Shown: positions 50,965 through 64,000 of the stretch, in pieces
How the letters are laid out: each line of letters opens with the position of its first letter
How positions within the stretch are numbered: the first letter of the stretch is position 1
Assembly (NCBI GenBank): GCA_024137785.1
Contig: JAHRHZ010000062.1
Location: 25,807,014 to 25,871,013 of the forward strand
Reading direction: 5' to 3'
Length of the DNA stretch: 64,000 nucleotides
Origin: Ginglymostoma cirratum
Lineage: Eukaryota
Translations under genes and position numbers: made by a program
The notes under the pieces: generated by a model
What the model saw: the letters and a program-made list of their open reading frames with translations, nothing else
The model's database searches: none
What the model was told of the DNA's origin: nothing

Positions 50965-51465
50965 TATTAAGCTGGAGAGGGTTCAGAAAAGATTTGCCAG
51001 CATGTTGCAGTGTGGAAGGTTTGAGTTATAAAGAAAGGCTAGATAGACTGGGATGTTTTTCACTGGAGTGTAGTAGGTTGAGAGGTGACCTTATAGAAGT
51101 TTATAAAATCCTTAGGGGTATAGATAAGGCTAAGGGTAGATGTCTTTTCCCGAGGATGGGGGATTTCAAGACTAGGGGGCACATTTTTAAGGTGAGAGGA
51201 GAAAGGTTTAAAAAAGACATGAGGAGCAAAGTTTGTACACAGAGGAAGAGGGTTTTGCATGTGGAATGAGCTATCTGAGGAAATGGTGGATGTGCGCACA
51301 ATTACAATGTTTAAAAGACATTTGGATAAGTTCATGAATAGGAAAGTTTTGGAGGGAAATGAGCCGTGAGCAGGCAGGACTAGTTTAGTTTGGGATTATG
51401 TTCGGCATAAATTGGTTGGATCGAAGGGTTTGTTTCCATGCTGTATGACTGTATTACTATGACTG
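50965..51465 (+). mobile_element. CR1 3' fragment
   Basis: GLSYKERLDRLG...RLRGDLIEVYKI. Confidence 0.9.
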
Positions 51466-51899
51466 GGGTGGGGGGGTGAAATTGCAATCAGCAAGAAACT
51501 GTTCGTATTGGTACCAGGACCAATTACCAAAGGTCAAATATTAAACCAATTTGCAAAAGGACCAGAAAAGAGATGGTGAAAAAAAATGCAATAAATTAGG
51601 ATAAACCGTTGTACATTACCTGGATGAGTAGTAGAATTAAGTTAAATAGCAAATTTTCAAAAGGAACAGCAACAGTATTTGTGGGAAAAAATACAGTGTC
51701 ATGAGTGAAGACCTGGTGAGTGTACTAATTGGATACCTCACAAAAGTTACTGGTACATGTGCAATTGATCAAGTGGCCACTTTCTCTCCTGTGGTTCAAT
51801 ATTGTGCTGTGCTGGACTGCCAAAGATAGAACGACATTGAAACGATCAGAACATCATGATACCAACAGTTATCATTTCGAGTCCAGAACTGAAGGTGAA

Positions 51900-52480
51900 T
51901 AAAAAAACGAAAGAACTGCGGTTGCTGTAAATCAGGAACAAAAACAGAAGTTGCTGGAAGCTGAGCAGGCCTGGCAGCATCTGTGAAGAAAAAAAATCAG
52001 TGTTAACGTTTCGGGTCCAGTGACCCTTCCTTCAAACTGATTGTAGCTGGGAAAACGTCGGTTTATTTGCAGAAAATAGGGAGGGGTGTTGGGGTAGGGA
52101 GTAAAAGATAGGATAGAGGTTGAAGAGAGAGAAGAGCAGTTGGATAGAGAAAGCAGTTGATAATGAACTGGCTAGGAGAGTGAATAGTTGCTAATGGGGA
52201 CTGTTAGTGACTAACAATAGGTAATGTGCAATGTCAGGCTATGTGATAACAAGGCCTGGTGTGTGGGGTAGGGGGCTAGGAAATGGGAGAGTTTAGGCCC
52301 TAAAATTATTGAGTTTAATATTGAGTCCAGAGGGCTACAGGGTCCCCAAGTGCAAAATGAGGTGTTGTTTTTCCACCTTGCACTGAGCTTTGTTGGAACA
52401 CTGCAGCATGCCAAAGACAGAGGTATTGGCCAGGGAACAGGGTGGTGTGTTAAAGTGTTAAACTGGAAAAGGATCACTGG
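51900..52480 (-). mobile_element. Penelope-like element 3' end
   Basis: The end of a GIY-YIG-type ORF, a pyrimidine-rich 3' UTR and the terminal motif; antisense to the architecture of 53680-54100. Confidence 0.75.
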
Positions 52481-52754
52481 ACGTGAAATGATAATTCTGT
52501 TTCCTCATCTGAGACATGTCCAGATCACACTTTGTTGATACTTTGCAATTGAACTTCAGCAAAAATCACTGGTATTGCAATTAGTCCCAGTCGTCAAATC
52601 AACTATGTTCAACCATTGAATATCACTGTGAACAAGGCCTTTGAGGATCATGGAACACTGAATGGCTGGATGATTAGATGAAAGAAGACATTGACCAAGG
52701 GAAGCAGCATTCAGGCCTGGAATAAAATGAGAATGGAGGTTGTTGGCAAATAAT

Positions 52755-54100
52755 TCAAGAACTGTTGGATATCCAGTGCACCTGTTGATAGTAGAAGGAT
52801 ATCAGAGATGTTCTGGAGTTAGAAGGCCTGATCCTGGGAGCAGATGCAACAGAGGAAGAGGAATTGGGAGTATGGGATAGCATTTTTGCAGGAGGTTGGG
52901 TGAGAGGAGGTATAGTCGAGGTATTTGTGGGAGTCAGTGGGTTTGTAAAGGATGTCGGCGGTGAGTCTCTTTCCGGAGATAGAGACAGACATGTCCAGGA
53001 TCCCAGATATCCTCCTGCTTTAGGGACCATAATTTCCCCTCTTCTGTAATTAAGGATGCCCTAAACCGCACTTCCTCCATTTCCCATGCTTCTGCCCTCA
53101 AATCCCCCTCCCCCCAACAATCATTAAAATACAGTCCCCTGAGTCCTCATGTACCACCCCAACAACTTCCGAATCCAACGCATCATCCACTGACATTTTC
53201 CGCCACCTACAATCAGACCCCCACCACCAAAAAGATATTTCCCTCCCCACCCCTGCCTGCTTTCCACAGGTACCATTTACTCCACAGCTCCCTTGTCAGC
53301 TCTACACTCTTCACCAACTCTACACTCCTCGTCAATTTCTCCACCATACCCGGTACCTTTCCCTACAACCGCAAGAGATGCAACACCTGCTCCTACACCT
53401 GCTCCCTCACTTCCGTCCAAGGCCCCAGACAATCCTTCCAGATCCGGCAGAGATTCACCAACACTTCAGCCAACCTGATCTATTGCATCCATTGCTCCTG
53501 ATGTGGTTTCCTGTATATTGGGGTGACCAAATGCAGACTCAAGGACTGGTTCGTGGAGCATCTGCACTCTTCATGCATCAACTAATTTGACTTTCCGGTT
53601 GCCATCGGTTTTAATTCCCCTTCCTACTCTCCTGATGACATGTCCATATTTGGTCTCCTCCACTGTCAGAGAGAGGGCAAATGTAAACTGGAGAAACAAC
53701 ACCCATTTCGCCTTGGGAGCTTACAGCCCAATGGCATCAACATTGACTTCACTAGCTTCAAAATCCCTCCATCCCCAGCCTTACCCCATGTCCAGCCTTT
53801 CCCCTTCCTCTCACCTCCCTGACCTGACCTAACCTGTCCATGTTCCTACTCACCTGTCTGCTCCACCCTTCTCATGGACCAATCACAATAATCCCCAACC
53901 TGCATCCACCTATCACCATCTCTCCCACTCTTCCCCCAGCCCCATCCCTCTCCCTCTATTTAATTCTGGGCTCCGCCCCCTCCCCCCTCACCCCCACCCC
54001 CCCAACCCTGCCGTTCTGACAAAGGGTCTTGGACTGAAATGTTGACTTCCTGCTCCTTAAATGCTGTTTGACCTGCTGTGCTTTTCCAGCTTCAAGTCTA
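52755..54100 (+). mobile_element. Penelope-like element 3' half with GIY-YIG endonuclease and an inverted 5' segment (about 52755-53000)
   Basis: RCNTC...NLIYCIHC..C...YIG.T...L..WFVEH on the plus strand; YKPTDSHKYLDYTSSHP on the minus strand; degenerate hammerhead near 54013-54045. Confidence 0.88.
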
Positions 54101-55834
54101 TAGACACTGTAAATAGACTGTTGTACCTAAAAACACTTTCAAAGTAGTTCACATCTTTAAGAGTGGCACAATGATATTGATCACCAGAAAAGCATTTGAC
54201 AGGGACAGTGTGAAATAGATGGGTCAGAGGAAGCCCCAGTGATGGACTAAGTACGGGTGGGCACTAAGCTTGTTGAGTCTTAAGCCTGAAGTATCAAAGA
54301 GCTGACTTGACAGCAAAGCCATACAATCGTAGTATGAGTGTTTAACTATGATATGAATGGGTGTTAAAGTTATAAGAATTAATTGTACAACGGGACATTT
54401 AAGCAAGCACAAGAGCAATCTGCCCACACTGGGGAACTAAAACCTTTCATTAATTTATTTCTGTTCAGGTCTCTCAAACTGATTGACAAATCCTTCATGA
54501 ATCCTTCAACAGCACATACAACGCTTCCCCACTCATCACTAAACCAACACTGCGACCTTCAGTTTACTGAGGACAATGGTATAAGATATTTAAATTATTT
54601 TCAGAGTCAAGTAAAGGTAACATTGCACTTGTTATTTCACCAAGTAAAATGTTGTCCTGCTGTTTCTGTTTACATATGTCTCTACAAATAGTCTGTCATA
54701 AACAACAATCCTGAGTTTAGGGAATGTGTGGAATCATACTTCAAAACCGGCTAGCAGCTGTCAGTAAACGTTCTGAAAGTGATTGCACCGGGCGTGGATC
54801 ATGAGAGTGATTTCTTCATCAACAAACATAAACAAGTGGCCAGTAAGTACCAGTTCAATAAGCAGTGCCATCTGATTTTTGTTTATGTGTCTATAAATCT
54901 TTCCACAATTTAAATATTTATGTATATTAAAGAAGTTTTGTTAACTCCATGTGGCCAATTGGTGTTGTTATAGAAAGTCAGTGAATTCATCCTGACGACA
55001 TAAGGGCAATAGTTATCTCACATTCCCTTAAGAAATCTGTTGGATGCTAACAGTCTGACATAAAATTTAAATTATTAACGCATTTGTCATTATTTAAAAA
55101 GAAATTAAGTGGTGCCATTTTTCTCTTTACTCATTAATGGTTAAAAATACACATTGTTAACAAAGCCTTCCTTCTCTTTGTGATCACGTTGCCAATTAGA
55201 TTACAAAATGTAACAAGTAGCAGCTGTGATAGATCCCTGCTCCAGCAGGACATTATTTCATGATTACTTGACACAGCCACTATCTCTCAATGAATCCTGA
55301 GCAAACTGCAAGTTAAATCTCACAGACCCCTATACTGGCACTCTCTTCTGAAAGTGTTCTCCTTGGCTTATCATCAGCTGATGCTTCATCCTGTGCCATT
55401 TTCCTCAGAAAACTTTGTTAGTAGTGGGTTGCTATTCATTTCCACACTCAGGGGCATAGCGAGAAGCTCCCAAGTCTATCTCAGTCAGGAAAGGTATCTT
55501 ACACTATTTGCAGTGTTCTGAACTAAGTACTAGTCATCTGGCAATTGAGCTCATAGCCTTCTGTGTCAACATTAGATGGTGACAAAACTGATATGAAATT
55601 TGCTGAGCTGAAACTGCGTCAGAGATGGTTATGCCTGTCCATTGAAACCAGTCAGTAGGTTTTCAAATTCAACCAGATTACATGCTCACTTCATGCTCCT
55701 GAGACCAGACCATTTGTGCTTTTCAAATTTGCTCAACTATGCAGCTTGCAAAAAGCCCCACATAAAGCTGGTGTGTTCACTTTTTAAATATACAAGTCAG
55801 GCCCTGTATGTCGAACATGACTTAGAGCCACGCA

Positions 55835-56835
55835 GTCAGAGAGATGTACAGCACAGAAACAGACACTTCGGTCCAAATCGTCCATGCTGACAGATATCCT
55901 AAATGAATCTAGTCCAGCATGGTCCATATCCTTCTAAACCCTTCCTATTATATACTCATCCAGATGCCCTTTTCATGTTGTAATTGTAGCAGCCTCCACC
56001 ACTTCCTCTGGCAGCTCATTCCATACATGCACCACCCTCGACATGAAAAAGTTGCCCCTTAGGTCCCTTTTAAATTTCTCCCCTCTCACCTTAAACTATG
56101 CCGTCTAGTTTTATATACCATACCCTGGGTAAAGAAAAATCATGTCTATTTACCCTATCCATGCCCCTCATGATGTTATAAACCTCTATAAGGTCACCCC
56201 TAAGCCTCTGATTCTCTACAGAAAATGGCCCCAGCCTATTCAGCCTCTCCGTATAGCTTAAACCCTCCAACCTTGGCAACATCCTTATAAATCTTTTCTG
56301 AACCCTTTCAAGTTTCACAACATTGTTCCCACAGCACAGAGACCAGATTGCACACAATACTCCAAAAGTGCCTAGCCAATGTCCTGCACAGCCGCAACAT
56401 GACTTCCCAACTCCTGCACTCAATATCAAATGCCTTCTTCACTATCCTATCTACCTGTGACTCCACTTTCCAGGAAGTATGAACCAGCACTCCAAGGTCT
56501 TTCTGTTCAGCAACACTTCCCAGGACCTTACCATGAAATGTATAAGTCCTACTCTGATGAGCCTTACCAAAATGCAGCACCTCACATTTATCTAAACTAA
56601 ATGCCATCTGCCACTCCTCGGCCCATTGGCCCATATGATCAAGATACTGTTGTACTCTGAGGTAACCTTCTTTGCTGTCCACTACACCTCCAATTTTGGC
56701 ATCATCTGCAAGCTTACTAATCATTCCTCCTATGTTCACATCCAAAATTATTTATAAAAATGATGAAAAACAGTGGACAGAGCGCCGATCCTTGTGACAC
56801 ACCGCTGACTCCAGTCTGAAAAGCAACCATCCACC
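55835..56835 (-). mobile_element. CR1 LINE 3' portion
   Basis: LADDAKIGG, WQMAFSLDKCEVLHFG, RLRGDLIEVY. Confidence 0.92.
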
Positions 56836-58365
56836 CTTTAATCTGATCCTGAGCTGTAGTTGACAGTGACTTTACCATCAAATGACAGTGAAAAGATTAT
56901 TCCGACCCAGAAGGGTTTTTTGGTATCTTTTGCCTTGATTGTAAATTCAGGAGGAAATCATAGACCTTCCCACAATTCAGTCGATGGATCCTCCAAGCAA
57001 TATGATTTTCCACCACAGGAGGGAGGATTACCAGGATTTTGATGAGGCCCAGCAGCTTAAAAAGAACTCAAATATTCCTCATAGCGGCAAGTTACTTTTT
57101 AACTTGCACTGCTACTTGCTACAAACAGATGAGGAATGGTGATTCGAATCCTCTCTTTTTAATCCCTGTTGATCAGTTGGAACAAATATTTTCATTTCCT
57201 TTTAGTGTGTAGCTTTCTCCGCGTCAATAAAATTGTTGTTAAGTCAATCAGAATGAAGGAGCCTATTCTTGGACTTAGGAAAAAGGGATTTTATCACTCA
57301 CCAACCCTGAAACTCTCTCAGCATCACACACAGACAATAAGTTTCTTTAAGAACTGAGTGGAACTGATACACACAGGAAGAATAAATAATCATTCCAATC
57401 CTGGATTATCAGGAATGTCTAAAGTAATAGATTTACTTCTATACTTCTTTCACATTTTCTCTTCACTCATACCATAGAAATCTATTAGTTGAACAGAACA
57501 GTATGGAGATTATCCTTCACAAAGTCTTTCATCTGATATTTGCAGAAATGGAAAAAATTGAAAAAAAATGGAACAAATAAATAATTTATTCATTATGTTC
57601 ATGATAAAATATTTTGAAATTCCTTAAAGACAATCAAATGTTATGACCCTTCGAGTTCTGTGTTATTCATCAGTGCAGAACTCCTCCGTGAAAGATCATC
57701 AGATATGAAATGGAGAGTATTGCGATTATGGAACATACACTTTACTCTCGCAAGATAAGAATGGATGGTTATAGGTAAATGTAAATAATTGCGATATGAT
57801 TTCAGATTTGATTGTTTCTATACAAGAGATAAGATATTAAAGCATCTTATCGAACCTCATGAACACACATGAATAATGCGTTTTTCTATGCTATTGTTTT
57901 TGCATTTACTCAATTTACCAAATATTTCTAAGGTTCAAAATTCTACTTTTATGAATAATTCTTTGAGCACATCTTACATCAAACATTTATGCAGTAACTT
58001 TTTGTTTTCTGTTTGCATTGAATTTGCTTCTGAGAAACAGGTACTGATATAGCAGTGGCAGCTAAGCGTGTGTCCAGGTGAATGTGAGAGACCAGCAAGA
58101 ACTCAGATTCTATTCTTCGTCTGTGCTGAGTTAACTGACTGACTGGTCATAAGTGTAGAATTTAAGCTTGGAACACTGAATGAAAAAATGATAATGTTTT
58201 CTGCCCTTGATCATATCCAGTTACATGCATGTGTATGTTAGATCATGACTGAACAAAACAAAATATTGAATATTTTCAGTCATTTCCTGCAACAGGGCTC
58301 ACTTAAGTTCCGATACCTGAGAGGTTGCCGCTTTGAGGAAGTAACCAGAGGGCTCTCAGTAAGTT

Positions 58366-58564
58366 ATAACACAGTGCGGAGCTGGAGGAACACAGCCGGC
58401 TAGGCAGCATCAGAGGAGCAGGAAAGTTGACGTTTTAGGTCGGGACCCTTCTAGTCCCAATCTGAAATGTCAACTTTCCGACTCCTCTGATGCTGCCTGG
58501 CCTGCTATGTTCCTCCAGCTCCACACTGTGTTATCTCTGACTCCAGCATCGGTAGTTCTTACTA
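58366..58564. mobile_element. Palindromic Penelope-like remnant with a 14-bp TSD
   Basis: Inverted arms of about 80 bp; GCTCTCAGTAAGTT at 58352-58365 and 58565-58578. Confidence 0.8.
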
Positions 58565-59719
58565 GCTCTCAGTAAGTTGGAAGCTTCAAGAGAAATGGTC
58601 AATTGAAAAGGAAACATGGAATGCTTGGGATTAGGCTAAGAAACACTAGTGTTTCACTGGTTTATACTAGTTTTCTGTACTTTAGGTTATGCACAGGTCT
58701 GGTCAGTACGTTGCTGCTCCCTACATCCAAAATACCATTCTCATCGATATTGCTGACCTTATGCAGAGGTGGACATCTGACAAATTATCCAGAGTGAGAT
58801 GGTACTTGGTAAAGTTTAGTCATTTGACATTTAAACATTATTGATTTTATTTCCTTTAGTGTGGAAAGCTGCAGGTGAAATCTTTGGGAGGCTACATTTC
58901 TCTGTAGATAATTCATAAATTCATGAACACATTCACATGGAAGCCCATAAGTATTTCAAAGCTTAACTGTCTATCCTCAAGAGAACATTTTTTTAACAAA
59001 AACAGAAAAATATGATTCTTAATGGAAAATGTTACAACTTTTGTTGGAGTATTTTTGTCTTGTAATTATATTCTGTGCCTACTATTTGGAATGACGGGAG
59101 CGATTTATTTGAAAGCAAGCTGAAACATTGTTTGCTGGGTTTATGTCACAACGTCAGTGGCTGGGTAATATCTGAGTGTAGAGAATCTCAGAATCATAAA
59201 ATCAAATAGGACAGAGAATGCCCTACAGCCTATTGAGACCTGCACCAATAAAAGACTAGTCTGAATTTACACTAGTCCCACTTTGTAGCACTGAGCCCAT
59301 AGTCTTGAATGTTATGACATTTCAAGTGCTCATCCAAGTTGTTTTGAAATGGTTGAGGTCCCTTGCTTCAACCACCAACACCACCACCATAAACCCCGCC
59401 ACCACCACCAGCCACCCCCACCCCCCACCCCCCACCCCAAACCAGGCAGTGTATGCCACATACCCATCACCCTCTGGTAGAAACCATTTCCCTCAAATCC
59501 CCTCTAAACCTCCTGTCTTGCACCTTAAAAAGTATGTCCCGTTGTTATTGCCCCTTCAACTGGGCGGAACAGTTGCCATCAACCAAACCTGTCCATGCTC
59601 CTCATAATCTTAAACATCTGAAACAGGTGTCCTCTCAAGATTCTTGGCTCCACAACTAACCTGTGCTTATTCCGCCTTCAGAGCTAAACTCTTCCATCCC
59701 AAGCAACTTCCTGGTGCGT

Positions 59720-60007
59720 CAGGGAGGCGATGGCCTACTGGTATTATTGCTGGACTGTTAATCCAGAGACCCAGATGATGGTCTGGGAACCTGGGTTCAA
59801 ATCCTGCCAGGGCAGATGGTGGAATTAAGAGTGACCATAAATCGATTGTCAGAAAAACCCATTTGGTCTACTAATGTCCTTTAGGGAAGGAAGCTGTTAT
59901 CCTTGTGACTCCAGACCCACAGCAATGTGGTTGACTCTTAACTGTCCTCTGGGCAATAAATGCTGCCTGGCCAGCAATACCCTCATCTTGTGAATGAATG
60001 AATAAAA
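59720..60007 (+). mobile_element. tRNA-headed SINE
   Basis: GGGAGGCGATGGCCTACTGGTA (A-box-like), GGGTTCAAATCC (B-box), (TGAA)n-TAAAA tail. Confidence 0.85.
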
Positions 60008-60470
60008 TTAATCTCCTTTGCACCCTCTCCAGCACAATCACATCCTTCCTATAGTGCAGTGACTAAAATGGTGCCCATACTCCAGCTGTAACCTCATCAA
60101 AATTTTGTATAGTTCCAGCGTAACCTCCTTGTTCTCAATCAATACCATGACTAATAAAGACAAGTGTCCCATATGCCTGCTTATCGATCCCATAAACCTG
60201 ACCTGCTATCTTCAGAGATCTGTGGAAAAGCATCCTCAGATCCCTCTGTTCCCGAGCTTCCTAGTGTCCTGTCTACTGATCAGCCTATCTCATGAATCCA
60301 TCTGTATTTTCTGATAACCTAAGACCTCTTCCACACTGTTAACCACCAGGCCAATCTTCTTGTCATCCACAAATCTATTTATCATGCCCCAGCCCCACAT
60401 TTCCTTCTCTATCATTTATGTATATCACAAACAATAAGTTTCCCAGCCCTCACCCCTGTGGTACAACACT

Positions 60471-60981
60471 GTGAGATGGTACTTGGTAAAGTTTAGTCAT
60501 TTGACATTTAAACATTATTGATTTTATTTCTTTTAGTGTAGAAAGCTGCAGGTGAAATCTTTGGGAGGCTACATTTCTCTGTCGATAATTCATAAGTTCA
60601 TGAACACATTCACATGGAAGCCCATAAGTATTTCAAAGCTTAATTGTCTATCCTCAAGAGAACATTTTTTAACAAAAACAGAAAAATATGATTCTTAATG
60701 GAAAATGTTACAACTTTTGTTGGAGTATTTTTGTCTTGTAATTATATTCTGTGCCTAATATTTGGAATGACGGGAGCGATTTATTTGAAAGCAAGCTGAA
60801 ACATTGTCTGCTGGGTTTATGTCACAACGTCAGTGGCTGGGTAATATCTGAGTGTAGAGAACCTCAGAATCATAAAATCAAATAGGACAGAGAATGCCCT
60901 ACAGCCTATTGAGACCTGCACCAATAAAAGACTAGTCTGAATTTACACTAGTCCTACTTTGTAGCACTGAGCCCATAGTCT
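60471..60981 (+). repeat. Near-identical direct copy of 58794-59305
   Basis: Both run GTGAGATGGTACTTGG...GAGCCCATAGTCT, with only a few differences. Confidence 0.95.
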
Positions 60982-61539
60982 CCAGTCACACAAACAGCCT
61001 TCTACCATTGCTTTCTGTCGTCTACCACTAAGCCAGTGTTAGATCCAACTTGCCAAGTTTTCTTGATTTCGCATAGGATTTTATCTTTATCAACCTACAA
61101 TGTGCGACATTGTCAAAGGCTTTGCTGAAATCCATATGAATGACATCAGCTGCAATTTAAAATTCAATCAAATTTATTAGGCATGACTTCACTCTGACAA
61201 AATTATGCTGACTATCCCTGGTCAAATCTCATCTGTCCAAGTGAAGATTAGTTCTCTCCTTCCAAATTTTCTCCAAAAGTTTCCCAACCGCTGATGTGAG
61301 ATTCATTGGTCTGTAATTCCATGGTTTCTCTCCACCACCTTTCTCGAAAAGTGGAACCATATTGGCTGTTCTCCAGTCCTTTGGCAGCTTCTCTGTGTCA
61401 TGAGAGGAATTACAAATTTGGGTCATTGGCCGAGGTACACAGACGTAGTGTCCCTTGGATAAATATTTGGGTGAAATGCTGCAACCGGTCTTGAACAGGT
61501 TTTCTGTTTATACTTCTGCAACAATCACGTAGAATTTGC

Positions 61540-62480
61540 ACATCAACGGCAATGTGGTGCCAGTGTGTTCATTTGACTTTGTTAGTCTGTTCACCCATGT
61601 ACCACTCAGTGAAGACACAGAGATCTGCCCTGCAGCAGTCTATCCTGGCAATCTAAACCAGCCATCGTGTTGTGAAGTAGTATTCTTTGAATGTTCCTCC
61701 CACTCCTTGCTTCTGTCCGATGTGGATGATACTTGGTTATGTTTTAATCCACAGCTGCATGTATTAACACACTCCATCCTGCACTCATCTTCACATTTGG
61801 AATGGGTCAGTCAAATGAGCTGCCTTTCTTTGATGTCCTAGATTAGAAATTAGCCAGGGGTTTCCCTGCTACTGTTTGTTGCAAACCTGCTTTCTCTGGT
61901 CAATATAAGTATTGGAATTCCTACAGTTCTGCATGATTGGTCTCATCATCAACCTTGTAAATAAGTCATGAGCCAATATGTTCACCATGTAAGCATAACG
62001 CTGAAATAGTGCACAGTATAGTTTTCAGTATTGAAACAAAATCCAGGATAGCAACTACATTGAGTGATTGGATCAATTCTTGCTGTATATTGCACAACAG
62101 ATGGAAGGCCTTAATGCAGTAACTCTTGATTCTGAAAAATGCTGGAATGGTAACGTATCGCAAACATTTGAACAGCAGCTGTTTCACATTGCTACTATGA
62201 TGTAGGAACACAAGCAGTAGATTCCATTATCAGGATGTTGGAATCAACCCAGAAAGACATGTGCCTATCTCACAAGAAATCAACCTACAGTTGATGTGAT
62301 TCTGCAGTTGGAAGCAGTTGCTGAATAATCCTGAGTGTGCAAAGAATTACTCTACTGATCAATTTAGTATTGGCAAGCAGGCTCATGGTCTAGTATGTGT
62401 ACACTCAAAACTACATACCTCACTATACAGGCCCCTGTGTTTTGCTAGTCAGAAAGAATGTACATATACACTGTGCGTAT
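61540..62480 (+). mobile_element. Highly decayed Penelope-like element
   Basis: CSFDFVSLFTHVPL resembles the PLE RT motif; a downstream LPFLDV-like segment. Confidence 0.6.
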
Positions 62481-62769
62481 TTCAACTCAACTAAATAAAT
62501 AACTGTGATTCATTGATTTCTTTCCTCATGCTTTGGTCACAGTCAACCTGCCTGGTTTGCAATTTGGCTGTTCAGAGTCAATCATCATTAACTGTTTCAT
62601 CCTGTAGGAAATGCTTTCATCAAACAGAAGCCACTTGCTAACTAATTAGCACTCCCTTTTTACTGTATAATTAATACCTTTTCCCTTTTATTTGATATTA
62701 TTGTGAATTATTCTGTTGAGTGCAAGGTGAAAAGCTTCAGAAAAATTTACTTCCAGCAGTACTCAAGTT

Positions 62770-63047
62770 CTATGTCACCAAATAGCCTATGTTATTGTAA
62801 CTTTGTACAAATGTGGAGTGTAGCAACAGAATAAGTTTCCAACAGGCCACAAGGCATCGGGTACAGTGTAGAAGTGGTGTTTGTACAAGTAGGAGATACC
62901 TTTGGTTTGTTTTCTGGGTAGAGTCAAATTCCAACGTTTGCTTAGTTTCTTCATGTGCTACTGTACATAACAAAAATGCTTCAGTGACTGTGTTTGTATA
63001 TAAAGATATTTTTATGAATAAAGTATTATCAAAATTAAAAAAAAATA
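62770..63047 (+). mobile_element. Tx1-like 3' UTR fragment with poly-A
   Basis: Ends TTTTATGAATAAAGTAT...AAAATTAAAAAAAAA, like 22160-22198. Confidence 0.55.
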
Positions 63048-64000
63048 AGCTGAGCGAAAGACAACAGAGTACCACAATGACACAAGTTATCTGCATTTTA
63101 TTGAATTCCTTTGCTGTTTATCTTCAACAGAAGATGTGTAACTCATTCTTTGATTGGTTACCAGCTGCAATTCCCCATTCCTGGTTTGGTTTCAGAAACA
63201 AAGTTGCTGGAAAAGCTCTGCAGGTCTGGCAGCATCTGTGAAGGGAAAAACAGAGTTAATGTTTCAGGTCTGCTGACCCTTCCTACGTTGCTGATAAGAC
63301 TACAGTCAGGTGATTCTGCTTTACAACTGTAATGGCTGCCCATATTTGAAAAAGACAAAATGGCCGACAAGGCTTAAACAGAATTAACCAGCCTGCTCCA
63401 GCATTAAGACACAGAATGGCCGACAAGGGATAAACAGAATTAAACAGCCTGCTCCAGGATTAAGTGAAACATTTTGGTATCTTTGAATAGGGCTACTCCA
63501 AGGTGAATGGGAAGCCATATAGAAACATCTGAGACAGTTTGAAAAGAGGATGCCTAAGTTTAGACACAAGTTCATTAAAATATGACAAGTGATTGATTCC
63601 AGCCTTATTAATGAAAGGATGTTGTCACATTAGATTAACAGTGCCTGTTAGAACAAGGGGTATAAATCTCAGTCCTTGAGATAATCATCCTAACTCATGG
63701 TGCTGCTGTGAAAACAACTAAAGTTATTTTGTAGTAATCAGTTGTTTTTTTGAAGTTATTCACAATATTAAGAAATTAAGTACTAGTTAAAGATTCTTCA
63801 GATAGTCAGAGATGTTGTGATTTCAATATAATTACAGTCACACATGTATAACCAAAGAATAATAGAAACATTAGGGAGAAACATTCAAACATAGTTGTAA
63901 AAGTTAATTAGTCTTGGGTAACGCTTTCCTTATCTCTACAAAGATGCCTGAATGAAATAGATTGTTCACAACTTATTAGTTAAAAGGTACTAACAGTAAA

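Larger units (their letters stand above)
59185..61420 (-). mobile_element. Old CR1 LINE interrupted by a SINE and a 511-bp duplication
   Basis: LPKDWRTANMVPLFEKG...NYRPMNLTS at the far end; AGAATCAT-type tail near 59185. Confidence 0.8.

Noticed and set aside
57450-57780. Exon-like segments in unique sequence
   Set aside because: The frames I tried are interrupted by stops or give unrecognisable peptides.
1-64000. CRISPR arrays, rRNA or tRNA genes, prokaryotic operons
   Set aside because: None seen. The tRNA-like A/B boxes belong to SINE heads, and the sequence is vertebrate intron- and repeat-rich DNA.

Overview
Eukaryotic genomic DNA, inferred to be from a cartilaginous fish (shark-type CR1 LINEs, a V-SINE/HE1-like SINE, and many Penelope-like elements). 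It has two assembly gaps (8620-8629, 46913-47312). Most of the window is decayed retroelements, and most ORF-track entries are fragments or antisense shadows of them. One real gene is recognisable: a minus-strand B7-H6/NCR3LG1-like immunoglobulin-superfamily membrane protein. I rebuilt it by hand from phase-1 exons: leader 29110-29056, IgV 24660-24322, IgC1 20364-20011, TM 13817-13719, two duplicated 96-nt cytoplasmic exons, and a tentative last exon at 10594-10512. Main points of interest: (1) the duplicated cytoplasmic exons each carry an acidic dileucine-type sorting motif; (2) 1-8572 is a tandem array of 81-nt symmetric micro-exon/intron units, partly decayed and split by a 3.2-kb inversion with 12-bp inverted junction repeats; (3) a TSD-bounded mini-Penelope element has two tandem minimal hammerhead ribozymes around a 775-nt ORF-bearing unit, a retrozyme-like layout; (4) a Tx1/Keno-like retrotransposon begins with the first 30 nt of U2 snRNA and sits just upstream of the gene; (5) an ORF1-less CR1-group LINE shares its tRNA-like head and 3' tail with local SINEs; (6) a 511-bp copy of a CR1's own flank is inserted inside that CR1. 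Repeat boundaries are approximate, and no database searches were run.
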